A stretch of DNA of 64,000 nt from Chloroflexota bacterium (GTDB lineage Bacteria; Chloroflexota; UBA5177). Of the stretch, positions 39,699 through 50,717 are shown piece after piece. The notes below the pieces were generated by a model. That model did no database searches, was not told the origin of the DNA, and saw nothing but the letters and a program-made list of their open reading frames with translations. How positions within the stretch are numbered: the first letter of the stretch is position 1; each line of letters starts with the position of its first letter. The translations under genes were made by a program, and so were the position numbers. Location of the stretch: NCBI GenBank assembly GCA_051002135.1, contig JBPCMQ010000039.1, positions 25,510 through 89,509 of the forward strand. Reading direction: 5' to 3'.

Positions 39699-40703
39699 CT
39701 ACGAGATGTCCTTTCCGCCCACCCGTGCTCGCGAGTGTCGCCCTATGCTAGCAGCCGCGTCAGTACCTGCGCCGGAATCCCAGACCGGGCTGAAGGCCAG
39801 CCATTGTTCCGGGTGGGCGCGAATCGCGGCCTCGATGACCCGGGCTATTCTCGCGGTATTCTCCGTGTCGTCGACCTTCTCATCGCCGGTCAACTCTAAC
39901 GGAATCGGCAAGATGATACCGTGAAACCTACCCGAAGGGAGGCGGATACCGACAGCCATGACCACGGGCGCGCCAAACCGGCGGGCGAGCGCCGCGGCGC
40001 CGGTTGGAAGTGCCGCCGGCCGCCCGAAGAATGGGACCTGTGCCGTCCGCCCGCTGATCACGCGGTCGCCGGCCACGGCCACGACCTGTCCAGCTCGGAG
40101 GGCACGAAGCATGGCCCGAGGGGCGTGATCCAGGGGAACCACATCCACCCCCTGGCTCCGCCTACTGACCGCCAAGAAGTCGAATAGAACGGGTGGCTCC
40201 ATTCTCTCCACGGGAATGGTCACCTGGAATCCCTTCGCCGCCACGACCTGACCGACGAGGTCGAAGTTGCCGAGATGGACGAGCATCAGGACGACGCCTC
40301 GCCCTTGGGATGCCGCCTGCACCAGGTGCTCCCACCCGTCGACGTCCACGAGGTCGATGAGCTGGGAGCGAGTCAGCCGTCCGATACGAAGAGTGTCCAC
40401 CCAGTTCCTGGCATCGGTTCTGAACGCCTCGCGAGCAGCACGACGTACCGTTGGGTCCCGGACGGACGCCGTCAGAACGACGGACAGATTTGCCAGGATG
40501 GAGCGCCTGGCGGGAACGACGACGTAGAAGGCTAGGAACCCGGCGCCGGATGCCAGGGCGTAGGCGAGCGAGAGCGGAATGAATCGCATCATCCAGGTGA
40601 GCGAGCGGAGGAGCAGGTACAGCACGTAGTTGCGTGTCACCGGCACGTCCGCGATGGCTTGCTCGGATACAGCCGAAACCGGCCGGCGTCTGCCGGCCGC
40701 CAT
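39699..40703 (-). CDS. Lysophospholipid/lipid A-type acyltransferase (LpxL/HtrB family), analogous to the PIM acyltransferase
   Basis: N-terminal TM segment. HLGNFD (HxxxxD acyltransferase motif). Family-typical length. Confidence 0.7.
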   Translation of the reverse strand: MAAGRRRPVSAVSEQAIADVPVTRNYVLYLLLRSLTWMMRFIPLSLAYALASGAGFLAFYVVVPARRSILANLSVVLTASVRDPTVRRAAREAFRTDARNWVDTLRIGRLTRSQLIDLVDVDGWEHLVQAASQGRGVVLMLVHLGNFDLVGQVVAAKGFQVTIPVERMEPPVLFDFLAVSRRSQGVDVVPLDHAPRAMLRALRAGQVVAVAGDRVISGRTAQVPFFGRPAALPTGAAALARRFGAPVVMAVGIRLPSGRFHGIILPIPLELTGDEKVDDTENTARIARVIEAAIRAHPEQWLAFSPVWDSGAGTDAAASIGRHSRARVGGKDIS

Positions 40704-40732
40704 CGCGGATTGCGACGGGTGGAGGTGAAGAC

Positions 40733-41839
40733 CTAGGCCACGGTCGCCACTACCGGCTCAACCACTTGGGCCGTGGCTCGGATGAACGCCGCCGTCATCT
40801 CTCGCGCCTTGGAGTCGGTATATTGGACCGGCGGCGATTTCATGAAATACGCCGAGGGCCCTTCCAGGGCTCCGGCGATGTTGTGATCGAGAGCAAGTTT
40901 GATGCACCGGATCGCGTCGATCACGACGCCGGCGGAGTTCGGCGAGTCCCAGACTTCCAGCTTGAGCTCGGCGTTGAGCGGGACGTCTCCGAAAGAGCGA
41001 CCCTCCATGCGTATGTACGCCCACTTGCGGTCCGTGAGCCAGGGAACGTAATCGCTCGGCCCAATGTGAACGTTCTTCGCACCCACATCGTAGTCCAGCT
41101 GCGAGGTGACGGCGTTGGTCTTGGAGATCTTCTTGGACTCCAGACGCTCCCTCTCCAGCATGTTGAGAAAATCCGTGTTGCCACCGACATTAAGCTGGCT
41201 CGTGTGCTCCATGCGGACTCCACGATCGCGGAAAAGGTTCGTCAGGACGCGGTGCACTATCGTCGCACCCACCTGGGATTTGATATCGTCCCCGATGATG
41301 GGTAGGCCCGCTTGCTCGAAACGACGCCGCCAGTAGTCTTCACGGCCAATGAACACCGGAATGCAGTTGATGAAACCGCAGCCCGCCTGCAGCACCTGCT
41401 CGACGTACCATTTGGTTGCCTGCTCGCTGCCCACCGGGAGATAGCTGATGACCACGTCCGTTTGCGTGTCTTTCAAGATCTGCACGATGTCAGCCGTTGG
41501 TCCAGGAGCCTTGGTGATGACCTCGGAGAGGTATTTTCCGAGCCCATCATGGGTCATGCCACGATTGACCTTGACGTCGAGGTGCGGCACCTCCGAGAAC
41601 GTGTAGGTGTTGTTCTGACCCGAAAAGATGGCAAGGGACAGATCCTTGCCGACCTTCTCGACGTCGATATCGAACGCGCAGCTGAACTCAATGTCGCGAA
41701 CGTGGTATCCGCCGAGGTTGACGTGCATCAGCCCGGGAACAAATTCGTCCTCTGAGGAGTTCTGGTAATACTGAACGCCCTGAACCAGCGCGGAGGCGCA
41801 GTTCCCAACTCCAACTATTCCCACTCGAATCTTTGACAC
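40733..41839 (-). CDS. ino1: myo-inositol-1-phosphate synthase
   Basis: [21 protein letters not shown]-binding N-terminus, and the conserved core ([14 protein letters not shown]) of the bacterial/archaeal MIPS family. Confidence 0.85.
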   Translation of the reverse strand: MSKIRVGIVGVGNCASALVQGVQYYQNSSEDEFVPGLMHVNLGGYHVRDIEFSCAFDIDVEKVGKDLSLAIFSGQNNTYTFSEVPHLDVKVNRGMTHDGLGKYLSEVITKAPGPTADIVQILKDTQTDVVISYLPVGSEQATKWYVEQVLQAGCGFINCIPVFIGREDYWRRRFEQAGLPIIGDDIKSQVGATIVHRVLTNLFRDRGVRMEHTSQLNVGGNTDFLNMLERERLESKKISKTNAVTSQLDYDVGAKNVHIGPSDYVPWLTDRKWAYIRMEGRSFGDVPLNAELKLEVWDSPNSAGVVIDAIRCIKLALDHNIAGALEGPSAYFMKSPPVQYTDSKAREMTAAFIRATAQVVEPVVATVA

Positions 41840-41854
41840 TCTTTGTCTCCTTCT

Positions 41855-42160
41855 TTACTTAGGACCGGCGCCGTTCGTGACGAGCCGACTCGTATCCGCT
41901 GCTTCGTGGCGAGGTGGCGATTCACCGTTGAGAAGCGCCTCCAGACGCCGTTGGTATCCCTGCATCGCGTTTCTGTCCAGCGAGCAAAACACGATCCTGC
42001 CGGCCTTGCGCGTCTGGACGATTCCCGCCTTCCGCAGGAGGCTCAGATGCCACGACACAAGTGGCTGGCTGAGCCGCAACCGTTTGCTGAGGTCCGTTAC
42101 CGACATCTCCCCATTCTGAGCCAGGTATTGCACGATCGCCAGCCGCTTGCGGTCAGCCAT
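41855..42160 (-). CDS. ArsR/SmtB-family transcriptional regulator. Start at MADRKRL; track ORF extends to 42208.
   Basis: LAIVQYLAQNGEMSVTDLSKRLRLSQPLVSWHLSLLRKAGIV winged HTH. The stop lies 15 nt upstream of ino1. Confidence 0.75.
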   Translation of the reverse strand: MADRKRLAIVQYLAQNGEMSVTDLSKRLRLSQPLVSWHLSLLRKAGIVQTRKAGRIVFCSLDRNAMQGYQRRLEALLNGESPPRHEAADTSRLVTNGAGPK

Positions 42161-42237
42161 GGACCGGTAATAGAGAAAGAGATCTTGCACATACCACCCG
42201 CTACCCATAAGGGGAATTTTATTAAATAGATATTTAT

Positions 42238-42266
42238 ATATTAGCCGTACGAGGTGGCAAAGTCAA
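42238..42266 (-). promoter_or_regulatory. Near-consensus sigma70 promoter (-35 TTGACT, 17-nt spacer, -10 TAATAT) within a conspicuous AT-rich island upstream of arsR-ino1
   Basis: Minus strand reads TTGACTTTGCCACCTCGTACGGCTAATAT, followed by the AT-rich AAATATCTATTTAATAAAATT. The surroundings are GC-rich. Confidence 0.45.
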
Positions 42267-42352
42267 GGCAGTAGTGGTCTCGCCCAGCTGGAGGGTGGCC
42301 AGGGGGTGGCCAGGGGCAGGGGGAATCGAGGCATCCCGATTACCCGCTGCAA

Positions 42353-44100
42353 TCACCGTGCGACGGAGGACACGGAGGCCGGCCGCTCGCTCGGCGAGCG
42401 CGATCCCGGCTGGTATCGCTGGACGAAGAACGAATGCAGCTCCGTGGCGTCCTCCACGCCGGCAAAAGACTCGCTGATCTCTCGCGACGAGACCATAAAG
42501 GGAAACATCTGCACGCCCCCCAGCCCTCCATGCGCGCCGCCATGATCCTCGAAGTTGACGACTCGCGCCCCGTCGAACGCCCCAAAGACCAGCATATCTC
42601 CCGCGGACGGCATCCGGGCCAGGTTGACGAGCTGGTGCCGAACGAGCTCAGGTGTGTCGTACAGGGCGAGCCAGGCGAGCTCATCGGATTCCGCATTGTC
42701 CAGGACGACCTCGCCTCCTTTGTGGAGCGCCAGAGTTTTGCCATTCTCCTGGATCAAGACCAAACCAACGCCGGGATGCTCCACCAGCGATCGCAGCATT
42801 CCCGGTGCACGGTGGTCGATTTCCCCACGGTTCATGCGTTTTGGAACGTCCACAAAGTAGACATTGGCCAGAGCACTGGAATAGATCGCCAGCAGGGGGG
42901 CATTCTCGTTGTCGGCCAAGCCGGCCTGCAGTGGTCCGGTGCCAATGCGCATCGCCACCCGCATGGCTCGGTCAACGATGAAACTGGTGGCCGAGCTGGT
43001 GCGTGGTCCGATCTCGGCGGAAAGCTCCTCCACCTGGTGAAGGGTCGCGGCGTCCTTGAAGGTGCGGCTTTCCATCTCCTGGGCCATGGGCGGACTCACC
43101 CCGTGAGAGGCGAGGAAATGTCCTAAAGTCTCGCCGTAGAGCTCGTGAAACGGCAGTGACTCGGTCATACCGTGATCGCTCATCACAAAGAGATCGTAGG
43201 GCCTCAGGGCTATTGTCTCGATGGCGCGATGCACGTCTCGAATCTGGCGGTCGAGGGCTTTGAGCGTCCGATACGCTCCCCCGCTCCTGGGACCGAGGTG
43301 GTGGGCTACCTCGTCATAGCCGATGTAGTTGGCGTAGATGGCGGGCACACCGCGAAAGATGTCCAAGCGTATGGCCAGAGTGGTCAGCTCGCGAAAGAGC
43401 ACGTGCGTGAAAGCACGCGTCAGGGGGAATATCCCCTCCGGCGCCACATACGTCCGCCGCAGCCGTCCCATCGCCTGCTGGTACAGCTCGATGAAGACTT
43501 CGGCGACAGTCAAAATGGCGGCTCGCGCCAGCCGCCAGGGGTTTAGCACGAGCAGCAAGAAGGCGTCGATGCCTGTCAATCGGGGAGGAAACCGCGTTCG
43601 TCCCAGGGCACTGGTTGTGAAAACGGCGCGCTGTGCGCCTCCACTCGCCATCCCTGTGTAGACACTGCCATGTCGGAACAGACCCGCCTGCCCGCCCGCG
43701 TTTTCGGCCTCAACCGTCGCCATGTCCAACGGCCAGCTGCAGATCAGGGGGCGCTGTTTTCTCTTGTCGAACCAATAGAAACCGGGGATATTTGGCTTGC
43801 GGCCATACATCATCGAACATTGGATAGCTGCCGTATCGCTCGGTTGCCCGCAGCGCCACAGGGCCACCTGATGCGATGATGAGAGCAGATGACTTAGGCA
43901 TGGCATGTACCCACGCTCGAGAGCGACGGATAGGTCGTGGTGGGAGAGGGCGTCGATCTGAAGGACGACGAACCCTCGACGCCGGCGCTCGATCTCGCTG
44001 AACGGAAGACGGAGACGGCGAAGCGTTGCGGCCGCCTTCAGAGCTCCCAACGTTCCCCCTAATGACAGATGCACGTGATTACTCCAGCATTCCGCTTTGG
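42353..44100 (-). CDS. Alkaline-phosphatase-superfamily protein (type I phosphodiesterase/nucleotide pyrophosphatase family). The true start is uncertain; the track start at 44290 would overlap divergent moaC.
   Basis: VLQIDALSHHDL near the N-terminus, YIGYDEVAHHLGP, LFVMSDHGM, metal-ligand motifs of the AlkP core. Confidence 0.5.
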
Positions 44101-44167
44101 TGCGAAACCTGCCGATTCTAGCGGCTTGCAGCACGACAACCGAAACACGTAGCCCGAGGCTTGAGCC

Positions 44168-44665
44168 ATGAGAGACGACTCGTTCGGATCCCGACTGACC
44201 CACGTCGATGAGGACGGAGAGGCGCGTATGGTCGACGTCACAGACAAGGACGTCACCGTGCGCGAAGCGCGAGCGCGCGCCGCCGTGCATATGTCCAGCG
44301 AGACCCTCGAGCTCTTACGGACCGTGAGCGCGCGCAAGGGCGACGCGCTGGCGGTCGCTCGCATCGCCGGCATCCTGGCGGCGAAGCGCACGTCCACGCT
44401 TATCCCGCTGTGTCACGGCCTCCCCCTCTCGACGGTGCGTGTGGAGCTCGAGCTGGACGCCGCGACGCAGACGGTCCTCATCGAGGCGTATTGCCGAACG
44501 GAGGCCAAGACTGGGGTCGAGATGGAGGCCTTGATGGCAGTTTCGGTGGCGGCCCTAACCGTCTACGACATGTGCAAAGCGGTGGACAGGGCGATGACGA
44601 TTGACGACATTCACGTGACGTACAAGTCGGGCGGCCGCAGTGGAATTTTTGAGAACGAGAGATAG
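44168..44665 (+). CDS. moaC: cyclic pyranopterin monophosphate synthase MoaC
   Basis: LTHVDEDG, ARAAVHM, KGD, LIPLCHGL and IEAYCRTE are canonical MoaC motifs. Confidence 0.9.
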   Translation: MRDDSFGSRLTHVDEDGEARMVDVTDKDVTVREARARAAVHMSSETLELLRTVSARKGDALAVARIAGILAAKRTSTLIPLCHGLPLSTVRVELELDAATQTVLIEAYCRTEAKTGVEMEALMAVSVAALTVYDMCKAVDRAMTIDDIHVTYKSGGRSGIFENER

Positions 44666-44687
44666 GAACGACAGATCCGGCACCGCG

Positions 44688-46115
44688 TCAGACGATCTGG
44701 TACTCCCTGATTTTCGCGTACAGCAGCCCGCGGTGAATGCCCAGGAGCTTTGACGCCTGACTGCGATCTCCGCCGGCTTGCTGCAAGGCGGCCTCGATAG
44801 CCTGGCGCTCGGTCTCGCCGACGATATCCTTCAGGGCTATGCCATTGGCCACCTTTTCTGCGACATGAGCGTCGAGCAGCGCACCGCGCTTCCCGGGCGC
44901 TCCAATGAAAGCGATCTGGGACGGCATGATGACCGAGCCGCGCGCCTGAATGATCGCCCGGTGCACCGTGTTCTCGAGCTCGCGCACGTTTCCGGGCCAC
45001 GAATAGTCCATGAGCGTGTCCAGGGCTTCCTCGGAAATTCGTGGATTGTTGTCCGGCGCGTCACTACGGTACTTTTGCAAAAAATGCTCGGCGAGTAACG
45101 GCACGTCGTCCATTCTGTCTCGTAGGGGTGGCAGCTCGAGGGCAATGACGTTCAGCCGGTAGTACAGGTCCTCGCGGAACCGACCCTCCGCCACCTCCTC
45201 CGCGAGGTCGCGATTGGTTGCGGCAACAATCCGGGTGTCGACCTTGATCGGCACGCTACTGCCGACACGCTCGAACTCGCGCTCCTGTAGGACTCGCAGG
45301 AATTTTTTCTGAGTGTTGAGCGACATCTCACGGATCTCGTCGAGGAAAATGGTTCCCTTGTCGGCCATCTCAAAGCGGCCCTTGCGGGTCTTTACGGCGC
45401 TGGTGAAGCTTCCCGCCTCGTGACCAAAGAGCTCGCTTTCCAGCAGAGACTCGGTCAGAGAGGCGCACGGCACCTTGACATACGGACCGTTTCGGCGGTG
45501 GGAGTTGAAATGGATGGCCCCCGCGACCAGCTCCTTGCCGGTGCCACTCTCGCCGGTCACGAGCACCGTTGCGTCCGTCCGCGCCACCCTCCCGATGGTC
45601 TTGTACACCTGCTGCATGACCGCCGTATTTCCGATGATGTTGTCGAGCGGATCACGGATCGTCTCGTCCACCGCCCGCGCCTTTATCGCCAAATCACGGT
45701 GATCCAGCGTCCGGCGCACGGTCATGAGCAGATCATCCAGCTCGAACGGCTTGGTGACATAGTCGTACGCGCCCCTCTGAATCGCCTCGATGGCGATGTT
45801 GGAGGTCCCATATGCCGTCATCATCAGGACCGGGATCGCATCCATGTTGAGGCGTTTCATCTGGTCGAGGACCTCGAGACCGGTCATTCCCGGCATGCGG
45901 ACATCCATGATCACGAGGTCGGGCCGATGTTTGTTGATCGCCGGAACGACGTCCCGGCCCGCCTTGACCTCCGCCGTGCGAAATCCCTCGGCGTCGAGAA
46001 AGCTTTGTAGCAAGCCTCGAATCGACTGATCGTCATCCGCAACCAAGATCAGCCGTTCGGCCTTGGTCGTTGACGCCGTCTTAGCGGCTTCCGGGGACTC
46101 TACCTGGTCGACCAT
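44688..46115 (-). CDS. Sigma-54-dependent response regulator (NtrC/Fis family): receiver, AAA+ sigma-54 activation domain, HTH
   Basis: Receiver domain with DDD...[14 protein letters not shown] Walker [16 protein letters not shown] as a GAFTGA-type loop. C-terminal Fis-type HTH. Confidence 0.85.
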   Translation of the reverse strand: MVDQVESPEAAKTASTTKAERLILVADDDQSIRGLLQSFLDAEGFRTAEVKAGRDVVPAINKHRPDLVIMDVRMPGMTGLEVLDQMKRLNMDAIPVLMMTAYGTSNIAIEAIQRGAYDYVTKPFELDDLLMTVRRTLDHRDLAIKARAVDETIRDPLDNIIGNTAVMQQVYKTIGRVARTDATVLVTGESGTGKELVAGAIHFNSHRRNGPYVKVPCASLTESLLESELFGHEAGSFTSAVKTRKGRFEMADKGTIFLDEIREMSLNTQKKFLRVLQEREFERVGSSVPIKVDTRIVAATNRDLAEEVAEGRFREDLYYRLNVIALELPPLRDRMDDVPLLAEHFLQKYRSDAPDNNPRISEEALDTLMDYSWPGNVRELENTVHRAIIQARGSVIMPSQIAFIGAPGKRGALLDAHVAEKVANGIALKDIVGETERQAIEAALQQAGGDRSQASKLLGIHRGLLYAKIREYQIV

Positions 46116-46243
46116 CTATCGCTCCATCGTCCCGCGAGTATCCGCCAAGTGTACCGAATTTCGAACTGTGTTTTCGTGCACTCAGTGGTGACGCTGGTAG
46201 GAGTTGTACGAAAAGCGCCCAGATACAATGCAGGACGGGACAC

Positions 46244-48133
46244 GTGAGATATGAGGGGGTGACAGTGAAAGTCATCGGCACGGCCGGCCACATCGACCAC
46301 GGCAAGTCGACGCTCGTGCGCCATCTCACCGGTATCGATCCCGACCGGTTGGAGGAGGAGAAACGCCGCGGCATGACCATCGATCTCGGGTTCGCCTGGT
46401 TCTCCATGCCGTCCGGGGAGACCGTCAGCGTCGTGGATGTGCCGGGGCATGAGCGCTTCGTCAAAACCATGCTGGCCGGTGCGGCGGGAATCGACATGGC
46501 GCTGGTGGTCATCGCGGTCGACGAGGGCGTCATGCCGCAGACTCGGGAGCACCTGGATATTCTCGAGCTCCTCGAGGTACGGCGAGGCGTCGTGGCGCTG
46601 ACCAAAACGGATCTGGTGGATGAGGAGTGGGTGGGCCTGATCACGGATCAGGTGCGTGAGGCGCTCAGCCACCGCATCCTTGGGCGTATGGCGATAGTCC
46701 CGGTCAGCTCCGTCACCGGCGCCGGCATCGACACTCTTCTGGCACGCATGTCCTTTGAGCTGGCGAAGATCGGCGATCGACCGCAGGCCACCGTGCATTA
46801 TCTTCCGGTGGATCGTGTCTTCGCCATGAAGGGATTCGGTACCGTGCTGACAGGAACTCTGCAGGGCGGAGAGATCCGACAGGGAGACCCGATCGAAATC
46901 GTACCCGGCGGCCGGCGAGGTCGCATCCGGGGACTACAAACGCACAACAACCTGGCAGAGCGCGCGGCGGTGGGTGACCGGGTCGCGTTGAACGTCGTCG
47001 GTCTGTCCCGCGACGATGTCCGTCGCGGCGATGTGGCCGCGGAACCGGGGACAATTGTCGAGACGGATCACGTCGACGCCTTCGTGCGCGTTTTGCCCGA
47101 GGCTCGGGCGCCGCTCGTCCATGGCGCGCAGGTTATGGCTCATCTTGGCGCCGCCGAGCGCTCCGCTGCGATCCGCGTACTGTCCGGATCTGTCATCGAG
47201 CCGGGCTCGTCGGGATGGGTACGCCTGCGCTTCGGCGACTCGGTTGGGGTCATTCGGCGACAACATGTGGTTCTGCGAGTGCCGGCGCCGGGGCGGACGA
47301 TTGCCGGCGGTCTCGTGGCCGACCCCAGTCCGGCCCGGCGTCGAATCGATGCTGCCGGTCTTGAACGTCTCGAAAGTCTCCTCTCGGACAATCTCCACAT
47401 AGCCGCTGAAGCCGCCCTCAGCGGCAGGCGTCCCCGAACGGCTCCCGAGATCGCGCGCCTGCTCGGCGTGGACGTCGAGACGTCGTCGCGGACCTTGAAC
47501 CATGTGGTTGCGAACGGGTGCGCGCGCCGCCTAAGCAACAGCTACGTGACAGGTGCCGGTTGGCAGCAGATGACCGAGCGCATCCGAGCGAAGCTCGCGA
47601 AGTATCACGAGACATTTCCCTCTCGACGGGGTATGCCGCGTGAGGAGCTCCGCCGCAAAGTGGGATGGACGGTTGACACCTGGAGTGCCGCCCTCACCGC
47701 ACTCGAGCGTGACGAAACGGTCCGCACACGAGATTCGGTAGTCAGTTTGCCTGACCACCGGGGCGGCATCGACGATCGGCGTGAGCAGGCGGACCGGGTC
47801 ATCGCCTTACTCCGCCAAACTCCGTATGCTCCTCCCGCGGCGTCTGCCGCCATCGGGCAGGTAGGCGCGGATTCTTCCCTCCTCCTGGCGATGGTAGAGG
47901 AGGGTTCTCTCGTGCGCGTCGACGAGGATCTGTACTTCGACCGAGAGACATTGGAGGCGATGACGGTGCGGGTTCTGGATTCCATCAGAAGTGAGGGTCA
48001 GGTAACGGTGGCACAAGTGCGCGACGCCTTCGGCACATCTCGCAAGTACGCCCTTGCTACCCTCGAGTACCTCGACGGCGAGCATCTCACACGCAGAATC
48101 GGAGAGGCCCGGATCCTCGGCAGTAAAGCGTGA
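46244..48133 (+). CDS. selB: selenocysteine-specific translation elongation factor SelB
   Basis: EF-Tu-like GTPase N-terminus ([26 protein letters not shown]). Long C-terminal extension with repeated winged-helix-like segments, as in SelB, and total length of 629 aa. Confidence 0.85.
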   Translation: MRYEGVTVKVIGTAGHIDHGKSTLVRHLTGIDPDRLEEEKRRGMTIDLGFAWFSMPSGETVSVVDVPGHERFVKTMLAGAAGIDMALVVIAVDEGVMPQTREHLDILELLEVRRGVVALTKTDLVDEEWVGLITDQVREALSHRILGRMAIVPVSSVTGAGIDTLLARMSFELAKIGDRPQATVHYLPVDRVFAMKGFGTVLTGTLQGGEIRQGDPIEIVPGGRRGRIRGLQTHNNLAERAAVGDRVALNVVGLSRDDVRRGDVAAEPGTIVETDHVDAFVRVLPEARAPLVHGAQVMAHLGAAERSAAIRVLSGSVIEPGSSGWVRLRFGDSVGVIRRQHVVLRVPAPGRTIAGGLVADPSPARRRIDAAGLERLESLLSDNLHIAAEAALSGRRPRTAPEIARLLGVDVETSSRTLNHVVANGCARRLSNSYVTGAGWQQMTERIRAKLAKYHETFPSRRGMPREELRRKVGWTVDTWSAALTALERDETVRTRDSVVSLPDHRGGIDDRREQADRVIALLRQTPYAPPAASAAIGQVGADSSLLLAMVEEGSLVRVDEDLYFDRETLEAMTVRVLDSIRSEGQVTVAQVRDAFGTSRKYALATLEYLDGEHLTRRIGEARILGSKA

Positions 48134-49257
48134 TGCGCGTCGGCCTCTCTGCGTACCTGCTTCATCGGGGCAGCGACTACCGGGCAGCCGGCGTCAGCGT
48201 GTATATCTATCAGCTGCTGACACATCTGGTGCGGGAGGGCGGAAACGATTACCTGGCGTTCGTTGGGGACGATGCGCCGCCGATCGACGGACTGCCATAT
48301 GTGGTTAGCCCGGTCACCACGCGGGCTGCCTCCTGGAGGATCCCCTGGGAGCAGCTCGTCGTGCCGATTCAGGCCCGGTCTCGGGGAATCGACGTTCTCC
48401 ATGCCACGGTGAACGTCGCCCCCGTACTGTTTCCCGGACCCATCGTCGTGACGGTGCACGATCTGGCCTTCCTGAGGTACCCCGAGCTCTTCGCCCGCCA
48501 AAAGGCACTTTATCTCAAGGCGGCGGTCAAGATATCGGTGCGGAGGGCGGATCAGATCATCGCCGTCTCGGAGAATACCCGAAACGATCTGATCGACCTG
48601 ATGGATGTCAGACCGGACCGCGTCTCGGTGATCCATCATGGCGTCGATCGGTCCTTTCGCCCGCTGGAAAGCCGCGACTTCGCCGCCACGCGCGCTCGCC
48701 TCGATCAGAAGCGGCCGTACGTCCTCTACGTTGGGACCCTCGAGCCCCGCAAGAATGTGGATGTTTTGATATCGGCGTTCGCGCGCGCGCGGGAGAATCT
48801 CGCATTGCCCCATCAGCTGGTGCTCGCTGGAGCGCCGGGGTGGAGGTATGAAAACCTCTTCCAGCAGGTCTCGGAGCTAGGGCTCCAGGACGAGGTTAAG
48901 TTCCTGGGGTACGTGGACCCGGGCCTCCTGGCCCTCTGGTATAATGCCGCTGATCTGTTCGTCTACCCGCCCGCGTACGAGGGGTTTGGCCTGCCGTTGC
49001 TTGAGGCGATGTCGTGCGGCGTTCCGTGCATCACGTCCGCATCGAGCGCCCTGAGGGAGATCGGCGGCGGTGCCTGTCTTCAGGTGGAACCAGGGTCGGA
49101 GGAAGGTCTGCAGATGGCGATCACTCGCATGGTGACGGATCCTGCGCTGCGCGCTCGCCTGCGACAGGAGGGGGTTCGCCGTGCTTCCAATTTCACCTGG
49201 AGCAGAGCGGCCCGCGAGACTCTGACCGTTTACGCGCGAGCGGCTTCACACTCGTGA
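48130..49257 (+). CDS. GT-B retaining glycosyltransferase (Glycos_transf_1 / CAZy GT4)
   Basis: VGTLEPRKN, and FGLPLLEAMSCGVPCI (E-x7-E). Start overlaps the selB stop (ATGA). Confidence 0.75.
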   Translation: MMRVGLSAYLLHRGSDYRAAGVSVYIYQLLTHLVREGGNDYLAFVGDDAPPIDGLPYVVSPVTTRAASWRIPWEQLVVPIQARSRGIDVLHATVNVAPVLFPGPIVVTVHDLAFLRYPELFARQKALYLKAAVKISVRRADQIIAVSENTRNDLIDLMDVRPDRVSVIHHGVDRSFRPLESRDFAATRARLDQKRPYVLYVGTLEPRKNVDVLISAFARARENLALPHQLVLAGAPGWRYENLFQQVSELGLQDEVKFLGYVDPGLLALWYNAADLFVYPPAYEGFGLPLLEAMSCGVPCITSASSALREIGGGACLQVEPGSEEGLQMAITRMVTDPALRARLRQEGVRRASNFTWSRAARETLTVYARAASHS

Positions 49258-50717
49258 TCGACCTCAGCCCGCGTCTGGCGACTCAGGTGCAGCAACGTGA
49301 CGGACGGTGGCAGAGATACCTGCCTCTTGGTATGGCGGCCGTCGACGGTGGGCTCATTTACGGAGCTTTCGCGCTCGCGTACTACGTGCGCTACGTCCTC
49401 AAGATTGGCCCAGCTATCTCCGATCAGATCTCCTTTAGTCGGTACCAGCCCGTCGCGCTGCTGCTGGTTCCCCTGATCCTGTTCGTGCTCACGGCGAGAG
49501 GGGCATATCGCTCGCGCATGAGCACGGAGATCGTCGACGAGATCGCTCACATCTTCAGCGCCGCCACCATCACGACGGCCATCATCATCGTCCTGGAGAC
49601 GATGACGCGCAATTTTCAGTACTCCCGTGGCGTCATCGTCTACCTGTGGCTGCTGGTCATCGTCTCCCTCTCACTCGGCCGCGGCATTTTTCGCTCGCTG
49701 CAGAGCTACTGTCATCGCAGCGGGTGGGGAGTCCGGCGCCTGCTGGTGGTGGGAGCGTCCAACATTGGCAAGATGGTGATGCAGAGCGTCATGAGCCGGC
49801 CCGGCCTCGGCTACCAGCTCGTCGGATTCGTGGAGCATCGCCAGGCCGCCAATCTCAAGGACTTCGGGCGCTTCCGGGCTTTGGGGACGATGGCCGACCT
49901 TGCGCCTCTCCTGGAGGCGCACGCCGTGGACGAGATCATCCTGGCGGTTCCGGCATCGGCGCACGAGGAGGCGCTAACAGTGCTGCAGCTCTGCGAGAAA
50001 CACGGAGTGGGCCTAAAGGTCGTTCCGGATCTCTTTGAGATGAGCCTGAGCCGTGTGCAGGTCGACGACATCGCCGGTATCCCCCTGCTGGACCTTCGCG
50101 AGGAGCCGCTACGGCCCATAGGGCTGGCCGTCAAGCGCGTCGTGGACGTCATCGGCGCCGGAGTCTTCTTGGTCGTGCTCTCGCCATTGCTGCTGGCACT
50201 CTCCGCCCTCATCAGATTGGAGACCACCGGGGCGATTCTTCTTCGGCAGGAGCGCGTCGGGCTAGGCGGTCGACGTTTTACCTGCCTCAAGTTTCGAACC
50301 ATGCTGCCGGGCGCGGAGCAGCTTCAGACCACCCTGGAGGGCGAGAACGACGCCGACGGCCCGCTCTTCAAGATGCGCGATGATCCCCGGTGCACGCGCC
50401 TCGGACGGCGCATTCGACGTTGGAGCCTCGACGAGCTGCCACAGCTGTGGAACGTGTTACGCGGCGATATGAGTCTGGTGGGTCCCCGACCCGCCCTCCC
50501 GGAGGAGGTAGAGAGCTATGAGCCTGCACAGCGGCGAAGGCTCGAGGTTAAACCGGGGATGACCGGCATCTGGCAGGTCAGCGGGCGCAGCGACCTCGGG
50601 TTCGACGAAATGGTCTTGATGGACATCACCTACGTCGACAATTGGTCGGCGCGTCTCGACGTGAGAATCCTGGTGCGCACTATCCTCGCGGTCCTGGCTC
50701 GTCACGGCGCCTATTGA
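49254..50717 (+). CDS. Polyprenyl glycosylphosphotransferase (bacterial sugar transferase, WbaP/EpsB-like, with CoA-binding domain). GTG start overlaps the upstream stop (GTGA); track ORF starts 49014.
   Basis: TM helices, a Rossmann-like [12 protein letters not shown] segment, and the C-terminal KFRTM...[21 protein letters not shown] sugar-transferase signature. Confidence 0.8.
   Translation: MIDLSPRLATQVQQRDGRWQRYLPLGMAAVDGGLIYGAFALAYYVRYVLKIGPAISDQISFSRYQPVALLLVPLILFVLTARGAYRSRMSTEIVDEIAHIFSAATITTAIIIVLETMTRNFQYSRGVIVYLWLLVIVSLSLGRGIFRSLQSYCHRSGWGVRRLLVVGASNIGKMVMQSVMSRPGLGYQLVGFVEHRQAANLKDFGRFRALGTMADLAPLLEAHAVDEIILAVPASAHEEALTVLQLCEKHGVGLKVVPDLFEMSLSRVQVDDIAGIPLLDLREEPLRPIGLAVKRVVDVIGAGVFLVVLSPLLLALSALIRLETTGAILLRQERVGLGGRRFTCLKFRTMLPGAEQLQTTLEGENDADGPLFKMRDDPRCTRLGRRIRRWSLDELPQLWNVLRGDMSLVGPRPALPEEVESYEPAQRRRLEVKPGMTGIWQVSGRSDLGFDEMVLMDITYVDNWSARLDVRILVRTILAVLARHGAY

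Noticed and set aside
42208-42250. AT-rich island as a horizontally acquired or mobile-element boundary
   Set aside because: It is only about 40 nt long and sits exactly where a -10/UP element for the arsR-ino1 promoter is expected. The flanking genes have normal GC and codon usage.
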